A DNA stretch of 64,000 nucleotides from an uncultured Prevotellaceae bacterium (GTDB taxonomy: Bacteria; Bacteroidota; Bacteroidia; Bacteroidales; Bacteroidaceae), in contig CAMHIS010000001.1 in NCBI GenBank assembly GCA_946185285.1, forward strand, positions 43,968 to 107,967, read 5' to 3'. A program made the translations under genes and the position numbers. The first letter of the stretch is position 1. Every line of letters begins with the position of its first letter. Below are positions 10,901 through 20,648 of this stretch, one piece after another. The notes beneath the pieces were generated by a model, which did no database searches, had not been told where the DNA came from, and saw only the letters and a list, made by a program, of their open reading frames with translations.

Positions 10901-11293
10901 AAACTCCATCCTGAGGAAGTCTCGCGTTCATTTGCCGGCTATGATGAGGTAAACAGCAACAATACCGGTGTCTCTGGCGATATGGGCAATATGTCGACAC
11001 TTACTGTCGAGGTGACCATCGGCAAGGACGAGGAGCTGACATTGGGCGTTCGCACTGATAACAACAAGGTGGCCATGAACCGCAACTACGAGGAGAACTG
11101 GTGGGACTGCACCGGCCGTTATAAGCTTGACAACTTCCGTCTTTACTGCGTCAGCCTGGATGCAACGGGCATCAGTTCCGTCAACAATGAGACCAGTGAT
11201 GCATTTGTTTACAACCTGATGGGTGTCAAGGTCAATCCGACAACTGTCCGCGGCCTTTATATCATGAATGGAAAGAAATACATCGGAAGATAA
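7913..11293 (+). CDS. secreted multi-domain protein of unknown function (three CBM-like modules, helical spacers, T9SS signal)
   Basis: Signal peptide; three D(V/L)T modules (RNADL, VNGHFD, TNASFE) carrying L/VxNGxY-type strands; helical FIVAR-like spacers; tail TGIS...YNLMGVKV...GLYIMNGKKY. Confidence 0.7.
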   Translation: MKRTRKVLCLITVLLATSLCAMAAEWEKPVPGDVSPVSGEKYYIYNYSIEKFVGVYGMQTVPSETGTPFLMEKNDNGDWTFYGPDGFLYADLDYVGCNGGEGDAGTMWFIEKQTSGSYYLRPSKSDATYSWTAYPDMWTGVSYTSQTIVPIIKAGEGALDWYFLPEAKYADFIGKIALHQVMTELQGYGYDVTSLVAVYNTATDKAAFDAAIASVQADLNELRFENASEERPCDVTQRYMRNADLTENWVSDGHDVPGWTMVPASFCGMGEWDGKGFYSDNKTIGSWSGSAFGDNKVYQELKDLKNGKYRLGNYGLWIRHTGEEGDPIKGAYIYAKVGDKMFKSLLTDTGWWQGLSEVEFECRTGEAEVGIMFEGTNVGQCIILDFKLDYFGEKPAADRLNQLIASAQAMMEDVNVTYTNVLAADIKKANELIAAGDVEAQEALFTTFLADYESALANKDAYVKLADVLAKAEMTLADGGESELMDQLGDYLLENEFDEKIKDRAFDNAQIEDIITFLSDLIDKAANSVLAAGTDVTYLLVNGHFDTNGGWKATLNDFGIDSEKKIMEKWWGDWKAEQVLDNVANGTYRLEVQGFQWCSWDWAQSETDWNNGDGSPTFNVKSKIRLNSDEVTIQNVFACGPTDIKEGYEGANYFVPNDANTALKFFALGLYNNVVETTVTDNTLKIEFDCSQNGFWNCFTNLRLIYVGANIQEAIDNLNNALTKANDYLEQKMEGVVRKAIEEAMAAGKVKLESQKAKYDDINGAANDLITLFDQAAVSIKEYKRLAVTLAQAQETLNSATVLQTTAGQQLQTLYNTTKADYDSEYPLLDNAGVAAAIDQIEKLISEAKLGGGIKAGDDLTTLITNASFENTYGNDEAVGGAAHTVPYGWSMLVEGKECHTAQELTDAGINSWTAIEDNQYTTDGAHSYCLLSAPVPDAYLYQTIKGLPAGTYKVTVDMNVTYDGGCSRLTGQRLLVNNVAQYYGKPEYYIASELDKLHPEEVSRSFAGYDEVNSNNTGVSGDMGNMSTLTVEVTIGKDEELTLGVRTDNNKVAMNRNYEENWWDCTGRYKLDNFRLYCVSLDATGISSVNNETSDAFVYNLMGVKVNPTTVRGLYIMNGKKYIGR

Positions 11294-11297
11294 GCCT

Positions 11298-13031
11298 ATG
11301 AGGAGTTATTTATTGGTTATCTGCTGCCTGGTGGGTGCTTTGGGTGGCACCCACGGGCAGACGGCTCCAACACCGACCAAGCACCAGTTGGCGCTACAGG
11401 ATATGGAGATGTATGCCTTCATCCACTATTCGCTGAACACTTATACCGACCAGGAGTGGGGCTATGGCAACGAGGATGTGAAGCTCTTCAATCCGTCGAA
11501 GCTCGACTGCCGGCAGTGGGTGCGCACCTGCAAGAACGCCGGCATGAAGGGTATCATCTTTACCGCCAAGCACCATTGCGGCTTCTGTATGTGGCCGTCG
11601 GCCTATACTGACTATTCGGTGAAGAGTGCACCGTGGAAGAGCGGCAAGGGCGACGTCGTCCGCGAACTGGCCGACGCCTGTCGCGAGTACGGGCTGAAGT
11701 TCGCCGTCTACCTCTCGCCGTGGGACCGTAACCATCCTGAATACGGTCGGCCGGCGTATGTCACCTATTTCCGCAACCAGCTGCGTGAACTGCTGACCAA
11801 CTATGGCGAAGTCTTTGAAGTGTGGTTCGACGGCGCCAACGGCGGCAACGGCTGGTACGGCGGTGCCGACGAGACACGGACCATCGACCGTCTGACCTAC
11901 TATCAGTGGGGCGATACCTATAAGATGATACGCGAGCTGCAACCCCATTGCGTCATCTGGAACGACGGTGCCGACCGCCGTGGCGACCTGCGCTGGGTGG
12001 GCACCGAGGCTGGCAACATCGGCGAGACCAACTGGAGTATGCTGAACAGTACGGGCGACGTGACATGGCCCATGCTGCACTACGGCGTGGAGAATGGCGA
12101 CGTGTGGTGCCCGGGGGAGACGAACACCTCGATACGTCCCGGCTGGTTTTATCACGACAGCGAGAACGGTCACGTGAAAAGCCTGTCAAAACTGATGGAT
12201 ACCTATTATAAATCGGTAGGGCGCAACTCAACACTACTGCTGAACTTCCCCATTGACAAGGACGGCCTTATCCACGCCGAAGACAGCATTCGCGGCGCAG
12301 TCTTCTATCAGATGGTGCGCAAAATCTTCGACCATCCCTTAAAGGCTAAGCGTAAGCTATCACCCACAGTGTCGACGCTGACCTTCAAGCGCCCCACGGC
12401 ATTCAATCGTTTGATGGTTGGCGAGGACATCCGCCAGGGACAGCGCGTTAAGAAGTTCAAGGTCGAGGCACTTATAGGCGGTAAATGGACTGAGTTGCAC
12501 GATATCATCTCGGAGGAACCGCAGCGCAGCATGACTACCATCGGACGCAAGCGCATTCTCTGCTTCCCCACCACGGAGACCACGCAGATACGGCTGACTA
12601 TCCTCGACTCAAAAGCGACGCCAGTCATCGCAGCTATGAACGCTTACCTTGCACCGGATATTGATGCCGATACTCCAGAGAATGGTGAGAAACTGTCGTC
12701 TAATTACAACATCTTCTTCCCCGGTTCAGGCAGTCCTGTTCAATCGATGTACATCGGATTGGGCAAACAGATGACGGTGCGGAAGTTCCGGTTCCTGCCG
12801 TCACAGGACACCAAGGAGGGTATGCCGCTCGACTATATGCTCTCTATCTCGTCTGACGACGGCAAGACTTGGACGGTGTTGGCACATGGTGAGTTCTCGA
12901 ACATCGTGAACAACCCCATCTGGCAGACCGTAAACTGCACGCCAGGTACTGGCAGCCTGCTGAAACTGGACTGTAGCCGTATTACTTCGGGAAACCGGAT
13001 CTTCTATGCTGATCTCGAAGTGGTGGAGTAG
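11298..13031 (+). CDS. GH29 alpha-L-fucosidase with C-terminal F5/8-like modules
   Basis: FIHYSLNTY, TAKHHCGFCMWPS, YLSPWDRN, WFDGA nucleophile, SIRPGWFYH, SVGRNSTLLLN; start taken at MRSYLL. Confidence 0.93.
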   Translation: MRSYLLVICCLVGALGGTHGQTAPTPTKHQLALQDMEMYAFIHYSLNTYTDQEWGYGNEDVKLFNPSKLDCRQWVRTCKNAGMKGIIFTAKHHCGFCMWPSAYTDYSVKSAPWKSGKGDVVRELADACREYGLKFAVYLSPWDRNHPEYGRPAYVTYFRNQLRELLTNYGEVFEVWFDGANGGNGWYGGADETRTIDRLTYYQWGDTYKMIRELQPHCVIWNDGADRRGDLRWVGTEAGNIGETNWSMLNSTGDVTWPMLHYGVENGDVWCPGETNTSIRPGWFYHDSENGHVKSLSKLMDTYYKSVGRNSTLLLNFPIDKDGLIHAEDSIRGAVFYQMVRKIFDHPLKAKRKLSPTVSTLTFKRPTAFNRLMVGEDIRQGQRVKKFKVEALIGGKWTELHDIISEEPQRSMTTIGRKRILCFPTTETTQIRLTILDSKATPVIAAMNAYLAPDIDADTPENGEKLSSNYNIFFPGSGSPVQSMYIGLGKQMTVRKFRFLPSQDTKEGMPLDYMLSISSDDGKTWTVLAHGEFSNIVNNPIWQTVNCTPGTGSLLKLDCSRITSGNRIFYADLEVVE

Positions 13032-13034
13032 GGA

Positions 13035-14024
13035 CTACTTCTCCTTGTAAATGACCTTGTTGGCACCGCTGGTAATCTTCAGCGCGTCAGGGTGTTGCTT
13101 GATGAAAGAGTCAATGTGACGGATGCGCTTCTGCTCAAAAATTTCCTCCATGGCAATGAGGATGCCCGTCTCCTCGACGTCGCCGAAGCCGTAGTTGATG
13201 GCGGTACCGAAGAGTTTCATCGTCGGCGAGAGGTTCATGTAGGCGTTTACCAATGGCGGGATGTTGTATCCTAACTTCCGGATTTCGGCGTTCAGGATGC
13301 GGTAGTCCTCCTTGAAGTCCTTGCCGGAAAACAGCCGCTCCAGTTCAGCGGGGTCGGACTCAATTTTCAGCGGTTTCATCGGGATAATCAGGCGCTCCTT
13401 GTCGTCAAAATACTTCTTCAGGAAGAAGAGAATCATGTCGCGCCCCTTACGGATATAGCTGGGGTACATGGTCATCTTGCCAAAGAAATATTTGACGTTG
13501 GGCTTGATGACCGTCAGTGCCCCTAAGCCGTCCCAAAGGTTGTCGAGTGCAAACAGGCTTTTTGCCCCCATGCGCGAACTCTGATAGGGCAGGCTGACGA
13601 ATGAGCGTCCCAATTCGATGGTATAGGGCATGTAGTCCTTGAGGAATTTCTCGCTGAAATGGAACATGTGGCTGGTGGCGAGAATGGGCTGGCCGTTGGC
13701 ATCCATGTCCCAGTCGGTGCCGGCCAGATAGCGGTAGCCGCCGATAATCTCCTGCTCCTCGGGGTTCCAGACGATGAGCTGCTTGTAGCAGTTCTCACAA
13801 ATGTCGAACTCGTCAAGGTCGCAGTCCTTGCCCGTCCCGCCTCCGGCTTCGCGGAAGGCAATTTCACGTAGTCGCCCAATCTCACGCATTACGTTAGGTG
13901 CGTTATGCGCTGTAATAACGTAGATTTCATTGTTGCTCTTGTTGGTCATGCGGAGCTGGCGGTCAGGTGTCAGTTCGCTGCGAAGCACTTCCTTGGGGAT
14001 GGGGGCGATGATTGACTGTTCCAT
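13035..14024 (-). CDS. glsB: GNAT-family N-acyltransferase (OlsB/GlsB-like, amino-acid lipid synthesis)
   Basis: EIGRLREIAFR, IIGGYRY, IELGRSFV, IPPLVNAY; paired with a PlsC-like gene divergent from mraZ, as I recall for Bacteroides. Confidence 0.7.
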   Translation of the reverse strand: MEQSIIAPIPKEVLRSELTPDRQLRMTNKSNNEIYVITAHNAPNVMREIGRLREIAFREAGGGTGKDCDLDEFDICENCYKQLIVWNPEEQEIIGGYRYLAGTDWDMDANGQPILATSHMFHFSEKFLKDYMPYTIELGRSFVSLPYQSSRMGAKSLFALDNLWDGLGALTVIKPNVKYFFGKMTMYPSYIRKGRDMILFFLKKYFDDKERLIIPMKPLKIESDPAELERLFSGKDFKEDYRILNAEIRKLGYNIPPLVNAYMNLSPTMKLFGTAINYGFGDVEETGILIAMEEIFEQKRIRHIDSFIKQHPDALKITSGANKVIYKEK

Positions 14025-14043
14025 TTTTGAGGAGTTAGTGTGT

Positions 14044-14880
14044 TTAGGAGTTGGAAGTTAAATTGTAAACTTTATCCTGGACCCATTGGGCCCACTCGGC
14101 GGGTTTTCGACTCTTGTCAAAGGTCTGCCAAGGGATGGGCTTGCCTATGGTTACGCGGAAGGTTTTATGCACATTTTTGTACATTTCATCGACTAAAAAC
14201 AGCATGGCAAGGTTGAAGGGCAGGAGTCTGTCGGAGAAGTTTGCCAGACGGTAGAAGAAGCTGCTGTTCTGTCCGCTGAAGTGGATAGGGACCACGTCGC
14301 GCTTATATTCCACGCTCTTCGAGATGAAGGTCTTTTTCCAGGGAATATCGCGTATGACTCCGTTCTTTCGGCGTGAGCACAGACCGGCGGGGAACATCAG
14401 CATGTGGTTGTCGCTCTGGAAACCGGCTTCAACCATCTTGGGGAAGTCACGGCCCTGTTTGCCCGTTTTGTTGATAGGTATGCATAGCGGAGCCAGTCCT
14501 GGAAGGTTCATCAGCAGGTCGTTGACCAGGTAGCGGAAATGCCCGTCGTAGTGACGCCCGATAATGGCTCCGAGGGCTACGCCGTCCTCACCGCCGAGGG
14601 GGTGGTTTGAGACGAATGTGTAGAGCCGGCCGTCGTTCTTGTCAGGAAGGTTCTCCTCGCCGACGATTTCGAGCGTGGTATCTAAGTAGCGCACGCACTC
14701 CTCGAGCCACTCCGTACCTACCATTCCCCGGCTTTCCCAAAGGAATTTGTTCACTTCGTCTTGATGGACAATGCGCCTGAGCCAAGATACCAAGGGCTTT
14801 GGTATGAACTTGGCCTTGCTGCCCATCTTGCTCTTCAGAATGTTGTCAATATCGACGGTTTTTTCTGTTACAGTAACCAT
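14044..14880 (-). CDS. glsA: PlsC-like O-acyltransferase (GlsA-like)
   Basis: HX4D motif NHPLGGED, FPAG, VVPIHFSG. Confidence 0.65.
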   Translation of the reverse strand: MVTVTEKTVDIDNILKSKMGSKAKFIPKPLVSWLRRIVHQDEVNKFLWESRGMVGTEWLEECVRYLDTTLEIVGEENLPDKNDGRLYTFVSNHPLGGEDGVALGAIIGRHYDGHFRYLVNDLLMNLPGLAPLCIPINKTGKQGRDFPKMVEAGFQSDNHMLMFPAGLCSRRKNGVIRDIPWKKTFISKSVEYKRDVVPIHFSGQNSSFFYRLANFSDRLLPFNLAMLFLVDEMYKNVHKTFRVTIGKPIPWQTFDKSRKPAEWAQWVQDKVYNLTSNS

Positions 14881-14909
14881 TTTTTTGTCTGTTGGTTTCT
14901 ACCAAGTTG

Positions 14910-14917
14910 CAAAGTTA
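14910..14917 (-). promoter_or_regulatory. -7 box for the acyltransferase operon
   Basis: TAACTTTG on the minus strand. Confidence 0.7.
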
Positions 14918-15039
14918 GTAAAAACCTTTGAGAAATGAAACTTTTTTTATTGAAAATGTACAAAAGCCCCATATTTTTATCCTCCAACGAGGGGCAAAAG
15001 TGCGCTATATCAACAAATCTCTGTTAAAAAACAATAATT

Positions 15040-15065
15040 GTGGGGTATGGTGGGGCGGAGTGGGG
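15040..15065 (+). promoter_or_regulatory. MraZ operator: three GTGGGG boxes at 10-bp period
   Basis: GTGGGG at 15040, 15050 and 15060, just upstream of -7 box TATCTTTG (15077-15084); matches the known MraZ direct-repeat pattern. Confidence 0.85.
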
Positions 15066-15148
15066 CGAAAAATGCTTATCTTTGTAGCTGTTTTCAAACA
15101 ACCGGTTTTTATAAGACCGAATCAACAGAAAATAGAGCGATAAAGTAT

Positions 15149-15613
15149 ATGCGTTTTCTTGGAAATGTAGATTGTAAGACTGATGCAAAAGGAAGGGTCT
15201 TCCTGCCAGCAGTTTTCCGCAAGGTGTTACAGGCATCTGGCGGTGAAACCATGATGCTGCGGAAGGACATCTTCCAGCCTTGTCTGGTACTGTACCCTGA
15301 AAGCGTATGGAACGAAATGGAAGACACCTTACGTCGCCGTCTTAACAAGTTCAATGCCCAGCATCAGCAGATATTCCGTCAGTTTGTGGAAGGCGCAGAG
15401 ATGGTGACGCTCGACGGCAACGGACGCCTGCTGATACCGAAGCGCTATATGGACATGGCCTTCATTCGTCAGGACGTTCGCTTCATCGGGATGGACGACA
15501 CGATAGAAATCTGGTCATGCGATAAGATAGAAGAGACCAGGTTGAGCAACGAAGACTTTAGTAAGGCACTCGAAACGATATTGGGTCAGGAGACGACTCC
15601 TGCGGATATATAA
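15149..15613 (+). CDS. mraZ: division/cell wall cluster transcriptional repressor MraZ
   Basis: MRFLGN..KTDAKGRVFLPA, LDGNGRLLIP, IEIW; first gene of the dcw cluster. Confidence 0.95.
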   Translation: MRFLGNVDCKTDAKGRVFLPAVFRKVLQASGGETMMLRKDIFQPCLVLYPESVWNEMEDTLRRRLNKFNAQHQQIFRQFVEGAEMVTLDGNGRLLIPKRYMDMAFIRQDVRFIGMDDTIEIWSCDKIEETRLSNEDFSKALETILGQETTPADI

Positions 15614-15616
15614 TAG

Positions 15617-16531
15617 ATGATTGTCACTGCAGAGACATACCATGTACCAGTGCTTCTCACGGAGAGCATTGACGGGTTGGCTATCCAACCCGACGGTATT
15701 TATGCGGACATGACCTACGGCGGTGGCGGACATAGCCGTGAGATACTCCGGCGCTTAGGACCCGACGGCCATGTGTATGGCTTCGACCAGGATGCCGATG
15801 CGGAGAAAAACATCGTTGGCGATAAAAGGTTCACCTTCGTTCGCAGCAACTTCAGGTATGTGAAGCAGTGGATGCGCTACTTCCACGTGGAAAAGGTGGA
15901 CGGCGTGCTGGCCGACCTCGGCGTGTCGAGTCATCATTTCGATGACGAGACGCGCGGATTCTCGTTCCGCTTTAATGCGCCGCTGGATATGCGGATGAAC
16001 CGCCGTGCCGGACTGACGGCCGCCGACATCGTCAATGGCTATACAGAGGAGCAGCTTGCAGACCTATTATATATATATGGTGAGCTGAAGCAGGCGCGGA
16101 AGATTGCTGCACTCGTGGTGAAGGCCCGTGCGCAGCATCGCATAGAGACTACTGGCGATTTGCTTTCCGTGTCAGGATTCGACCCTGAGAACGGACAGTG
16201 CAAGAAGGATATGGCCCGACTGTTCCAGGCCCTGCGCATAGAGGTTAACCAAGAACTGACGGCCTTGAAGGAGATGCTCTGCGGAGTCATTGAGGTACTC
16301 AGGCCCGGCGGTCGCCTGTCGGTCATCACCTATCATTCGTTAGAGGACCGCATCGTGAAGAACATGATGAAGGCAGGTAACATCGAGGGTCGTATGGAAC
16401 AGGACTTCTTTGGACGGACTGTTTCGCCGCTGCGTCCGCTGAACAATAAGGTGATAGTCCCCACGGACGACGAGCAGCAGCGCAATCCGCGCAGCCGCAG
16501 TGCGAAGTTGAGAATAGCAGAGAAAGTGTGA
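15617..16531 (+). CDS. rsmH: 16S rRNA m4C1402 methyltransferase
   Basis: HVPVLL, GGGGHS, DLGVSS, FQALRIEVN, HSLEDR, NPRSRSAKLR. Confidence 0.97.
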   Translation: MIVTAETYHVPVLLTESIDGLAIQPDGIYADMTYGGGGHSREILRRLGPDGHVYGFDQDADAEKNIVGDKRFTFVRSNFRYVKQWMRYFHVEKVDGVLADLGVSSHHFDDETRGFSFRFNAPLDMRMNRRAGLTAADIVNGYTEEQLADLLYIYGELKQARKIAALVVKARAQHRIETTGDLLSVSGFDPENGQCKKDMARLFQALRIEVNQELTALKEMLCGVIEVLRPGGRLSVITYHSLEDRIVKNMMKAGNIEGRMEQDFFGRTVSPLRPLNNKVIVPTDDEQQRNPRSRSAKLRIAEKV

Positions 16532-16532
16532 T

Positions 16533-16997
16533 ATGGCAGACGAAGAGAAGGATTTGCAGGATGAGCAGATGACCCGGGAGCAAAAAGCCCTGGAGAAGCT
16601 GAAGGAAATCAAGCAGAACGTGCGCGAGGATGACAGTGTGCCTGTGGGTGCGCTGACGCTCCGCAAGATTCTTGGCGGTGACTTCCTGTCGGCCGATTTC
16701 GTGCGCCGTAATATCTGGCCTCTGGTCTTGGTGGTGCTTTTCACCGTTGTCTATGTGGCCTTCCGCTACCAGTGCCAGCAGGACATGATACAGATAGACA
16801 AGCTTGAAAATGAACTAAAGGACGCGAAGTACAAGGCCCTGTCGAGTTCAAGCTCGCTGACAGAACGCTGCCGTGAGAGTCAGGTTCTGCGAACACTCCG
16901 TGAGAATCATGACTCACTGCTGCATATCAGCACACAGCCACCTTATATTATTAATATACCCAAACAGGGATTATTCAGCCGAGGAGAGAATGAGTAA
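16533..16997 (+). CDS. ftsL: FtsL-like cell division protein
   Basis: Single TM helix plus coiled coil, located between rsmH and the PBP gene. Confidence 0.8.
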   Translation: MADEEKDLQDEQMTREQKALEKLKEIKQNVREDDSVPVGALTLRKILGGDFLSADFVRRNIWPLVLVVLFTVVYVAFRYQCQQDMIQIDKLENELKDAKYKALSSSSSLTERCRESQVLRTLRENHDSLLHISTQPPYIINIPKQGLFSRGENE

Positions 16998-19140
16998 ATT
17001 CAACAGCAACAAAGTCATGCCGCGCTACTTTGCCATAGCAGTGGCGCTGACGATGGTCGGAGTGGCCATCGTGGCTAAGGCTATGTACATCATGACGGCT
17101 CAGAAGGATTATTGGACGACGGTACAGCAGCAGATGAGGCACGACTCCATACCCGTGAAACCCAACCGTGGCAACATACTGAGTTGCGACGGTCAGCTGA
17201 TGGCCAGCAGCATACCTGAGTATAAGGCCTTTGTGGACTTCCAGCCAGGTCGCGAGGGAAAGGCGCCCTTGGACACGGCAGCCCAACGTTTGGTAGACGA
17301 ACTTTGGGACAAGAACATCGACAGTCTGTGCATCGGACTGAATGACATCTTCCCCCAGCAGTCGGTGGCGGAGTTCAAGGAACATTTCACGAAGGGGCGT
17401 CACAAGGTGAACCGTGACGGTACGGTGGGTGCCCGGCACTGGCCGGTCTGGAAGTACCGTATGGACTATAATACGTACTCGCTGCTGAAGAAGTTGCCTA
17501 TCTTCAACCTGTCAGTGGGCAAAGGTGGTTTCCACTATGAGGAATTCAACGCCCGTAACCGTCCCTTCAATACGCTGGCCAAGCGTACGATAGGTGTCAT
17601 GTACGGTGAGATTGACTCTGCCCGCTGCGGACTTGAGCAGTCGTTCGACTCGACCCTGCGCGGCCAGAACGGACTGGTCCACCGTCAGAAGGTGCTCAAT
17701 AGGATTATGAATATCACCGAAGCTCCGCCAGTCGACGGTGCCGACATCGTGACCACCATCGACGTGAACATGCAGGACCTGGCCGAGCGGGCACTCATCG
17801 ACGAAATGAAACTGCCTGAGGTGAATGCCGACCTGGGAGTAGCCATCTTGATGGAAGTTCAGACAGGCGACGTGAAGGCTATCGTCAATATGATGCGCAT
17901 GCCCGACGGTCAGTATGCTGAGGCCATCAACTCGGCCATCAGCTACCGCTGCGAGCCAGGATCGGTGTTCAAGGTGGCCTCGATACTTGTTGCACTTGAC
18001 GATGGCGTCATTCCCCGCGACACCAACTACACGATACCTACCGGCAGCGGTGTCATGGAGATGCACGGCCGGTGGATGAAGGACCACAACTGGCGTCGTG
18101 GAGGCTACGGCACCATCAACGTGGCCAGGACCTTGGAGGTAAGCTCGAACATCGGCACCAGCTATGTCATTGACAAGTTCTACGGCGGACATCCTGAGAA
18201 ATACGTGCAGGGACTATATCGCGTGGGTATCCACGAAGACCTGAAACTGCCCATTGAAGGCTATCGTCCGCCCGTCATCCGTATGCCTGACACGAAAACC
18301 ACCGAACGTGGCCGCTACTGGAGTAAGACGACGCTCCCGTGGATGTCGATAGGCTATGAGACACAGATAGCGCCAATCAACACGCTCGCCTTCTACAATG
18401 CAATCGCCAACAACGGGCGGATGATGCAGCCGCGCTTCGTCACCCGTGTGGTGAAGGACGGTGAGGTGTTGCAAGAGTATCCGCCTGTGGTGCTGAAGGA
18501 GCGTATCGCCAAGCCAGAGACCATCACTATGATGCAGACCATCCTTGAGCACGTCGTCAGTCAGGGCCTTGGCAAGAAGGCGGCCCCGCTGTCACGCTCA
18601 TTCAAAGTGGCGGGCAAGACGGGGACGGCCCAGATTGCCGACGAACACGGCGGCTACCATTCCGGCGTGACACGCTACTGGCTGTCGTTTGCTGGTTTCT
18701 TTCCTGCCGACGCCCCCCGCTATTCATGCATCGTCTGTCTGCGAAAGACGGGATTGCCAGCCTCAGGCGGCGGTATGAGCGGTGTGGTGTTCCGTCACAT
18801 TGCCGAGGGCGTGATGGCACAGAATGTGAAGCGGTTGGTTGATGATGCCCGCGACTCTACGTCGAACTTCTCGCCCGTCGTGAAGGGTGGCAACGAGAAT
18901 GCTGCCGTCTACGTGCTTAGTCATCTGGGGCTGAAGGCTGCAGCGCCCAGAGAAGTCAAGACGAGTCAGGGAACGGTTCCTGATGTGACGGGAATGGGTG
19001 CCCGTGATGCTGTTTACGAGTTGGAGCGCCGTGGACTGAAGGTTGCACTTGTCGGTCGCGGCAAGGTGAAGTCGCAGAGCATTGCTGCCGGCAAGGCCGT
19101 GAGCCCTGGTTCACTTTGTGAGTTGCAATTAGAAATATGA
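16990..19140 (+). CDS. ftsI: class B penicillin-binding protein with PASTA domain
   Basis: RGNILSCDG, EPGSVFK (SxxK), SSN, KTGTAQ, C-terminal VPDVTGM PASTA; start at MSKFNS. Confidence 0.93.
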   Translation: MSKFNSNKVMPRYFAIAVALTMVGVAIVAKAMYIMTAQKDYWTTVQQQMRHDSIPVKPNRGNILSCDGQLMASSIPEYKAFVDFQPGREGKAPLDTAAQRLVDELWDKNIDSLCIGLNDIFPQQSVAEFKEHFTKGRHKVNRDGTVGARHWPVWKYRMDYNTYSLLKKLPIFNLSVGKGGFHYEEFNARNRPFNTLAKRTIGVMYGEIDSARCGLEQSFDSTLRGQNGLVHRQKVLNRIMNITEAPPVDGADIVTTIDVNMQDLAERALIDEMKLPEVNADLGVAILMEVQTGDVKAIVNMMRMPDGQYAEAINSAISYRCEPGSVFKVASILVALDDGVIPRDTNYTIPTGSGVMEMHGRWMKDHNWRRGGYGTINVARTLEVSSNIGTSYVIDKFYGGHPEKYVQGLYRVGIHEDLKLPIEGYRPPVIRMPDTKTTERGRYWSKTTLPWMSIGYETQIAPINTLAFYNAIANNGRMMQPRFVTRVVKDGEVLQEYPPVVLKERIAKPETITMMQTILEHVVSQGLGKKAAPLSRSFKVAGKTGTAQIADEHGGYHSGVTRYWLSFAGFFPADAPRYSCIVCLRKTGLPASGGGMSGVVFRHIAEGVMAQNVKRLVDDARDSTSNFSPVVKGGNENAAVYVLSHLGLKAAAPREVKTSQGTVPDVTGMGARDAVYELERRGLKVALVGRGKVKSQSIAAGKAVSPGSLCELQLEI

Positions 19141-19162
19141 ACGTAGTTTTTTGTAGTTAGAT

Positions 19163-20614
19163 ATGAATTTGAGAGAAATTCTGAAAACTGTCAGGCCGCT
19201 GACCATCGTTGGCAATGCTGACACCGAGATTGCCGGAGTCAAGATCGACTCACGGCAGGTTAAGCCTGGCTATCTGTTCGTAGCCATGAAAGGAACACAG
19301 GTCGACGGCCATCAGTTTATTGCGCGAGCAGTCGAACTGGGGGCGTCGGCCATTTTGTGCGAGGATTTACCCGAGACGACGGTCGACGGCATCACCTATG
19401 TACAGGTGGAGTCAACGGAAGAGGCCGTCGGGCCGGTGGCCACACTCTTCCACGGTGACCCGACATCACGCCTTAAGCTGGTGGGCGTGACAGGCACCAA
19501 CGGCAAGACGACCATCGCCACCTTATTATATGATATGTTCCGCCAGTTCGGCCATAAGTGTGGGCTGCTCTCCACTGTCTGCAACTATATTGACGGTGAG
19601 GCTGTGGCAGCTACTCATACCACTCCCGACGCTATCGAACTGAACGAGTTGCTGGAGCGCATGGTGCAGGCTGGCTGCGAGTATGTTTTCATGGAATGCT
19701 CGAGTCACGCCATTGCCCAGAAGCGTATCGGTGGCCTGAAGTTCGCCGGTGGTCTGTTCACTAATCTGACACGCGACCACTTAGACTACCACAAGACTGT
19801 CGAGAACTACCGTAATGCCAAGAAGCAATTCTTCGACCAGCTGCCGAAAGGCTCGTTTGCCATTACCAATACCGACGACAAGAACGGTTTGTTCATGGTG
19901 CAGAACACGAAGGCGCAGGTGAAAACCTACAGCATCCGTCAGATGGCAGACTTCCGTGCCCGCATTATCGAGTGCCATTTTGAGGGTATGTACCTCGAGA
20001 TTGACGGTCATGAGGTAGGTGTGCAGTTCATCGGAAGGTTCAATGTGTCGAACCTGCTGTGTGTCTACGGTGCCGCCGTGATGCTGGGCAAGCAGCCTGA
20101 GGATGTCCTCGTGGCTATGAGTACGCTGAAGAGCGTCAATGGTCGGCTTGACCCCATTCGCTCGCCTGAAGGCTTTACGGCTGTCGTAGACTATGCCCAT
20201 ACGCCTGATGCCTTAGAGAATGTGCTGAAAGCCATCCATGAGGTGCTCGACGGAAAGGGCAAGGTTATCACCGTCTGCGGTGCCGGCGGCAACCGCGACA
20301 AGGGTAAGCGTCCGCTAATGGCTCAGGAGGCGGTGAAGCAAAGCGACCGCGTCATCATTACCAGCGACAATCCCCGCTTCGAGGAACCGCAGGACATCAT
20401 CAACGATATGTTAGCGGGTCTCGACGCAAAGCAGATGAAGAAAGTCGTCAGCATCGTCGATCGCCGCGAGGCCATCCGCACGGCCTGTATGATGGCAGAG
20501 AAGGGCGATGTCATCCTCATTGCCGGCAAAGGCCATGAGGACTATCAGGAAATCAAAGGCGTGAAACATCACTTCGACGACCATGAGGTGGTGCGCGAGT
20601 GCTTTGCCAAATAG
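19163..20614 (+). CDS. murE: UDP-MurNAc-tripeptide synthetase (meso-DAP type)
   Basis: [35 protein letters not shown]. Confidence 0.97.
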   Translation: MNLREILKTVRPLTIVGNADTEIAGVKIDSRQVKPGYLFVAMKGTQVDGHQFIARAVELGASAILCEDLPETTVDGITYVQVESTEEAVGPVATLFHGDPTSRLKLVGVTGTNGKTTIATLLYDMFRQFGHKCGLLSTVCNYIDGEAVAATHTTPDAIELNELLERMVQAGCEYVFMECSSHAIAQKRIGGLKFAGGLFTNLTRDHLDYHKTVENYRNAKKQFFDQLPKGSFAITNTDDKNGLFMVQNTKAQVKTYSIRQMADFRARIIECHFEGMYLEIDGHEVGVQFIGRFNVSNLLCVYGAAVMLGKQPEDVLVAMSTLKSVNGRLDPIRSPEGFTAVVDYAHTPDALENVLKAIHEVLDGKGKVITVCGAGGNRDKGKRPLMAQEAVKQSDRVIITSDNPRFEEPQDIINDMLAGLDAKQMKKVVSIVDRREAIRTACMMAEKGDVILIAGKGHEDYQEIKGVKHHFDDHEVVRECFAK

Positions 20615-20648
20615 TAAATAGAAAACCGTAAATCGTAAATAGAAGACA

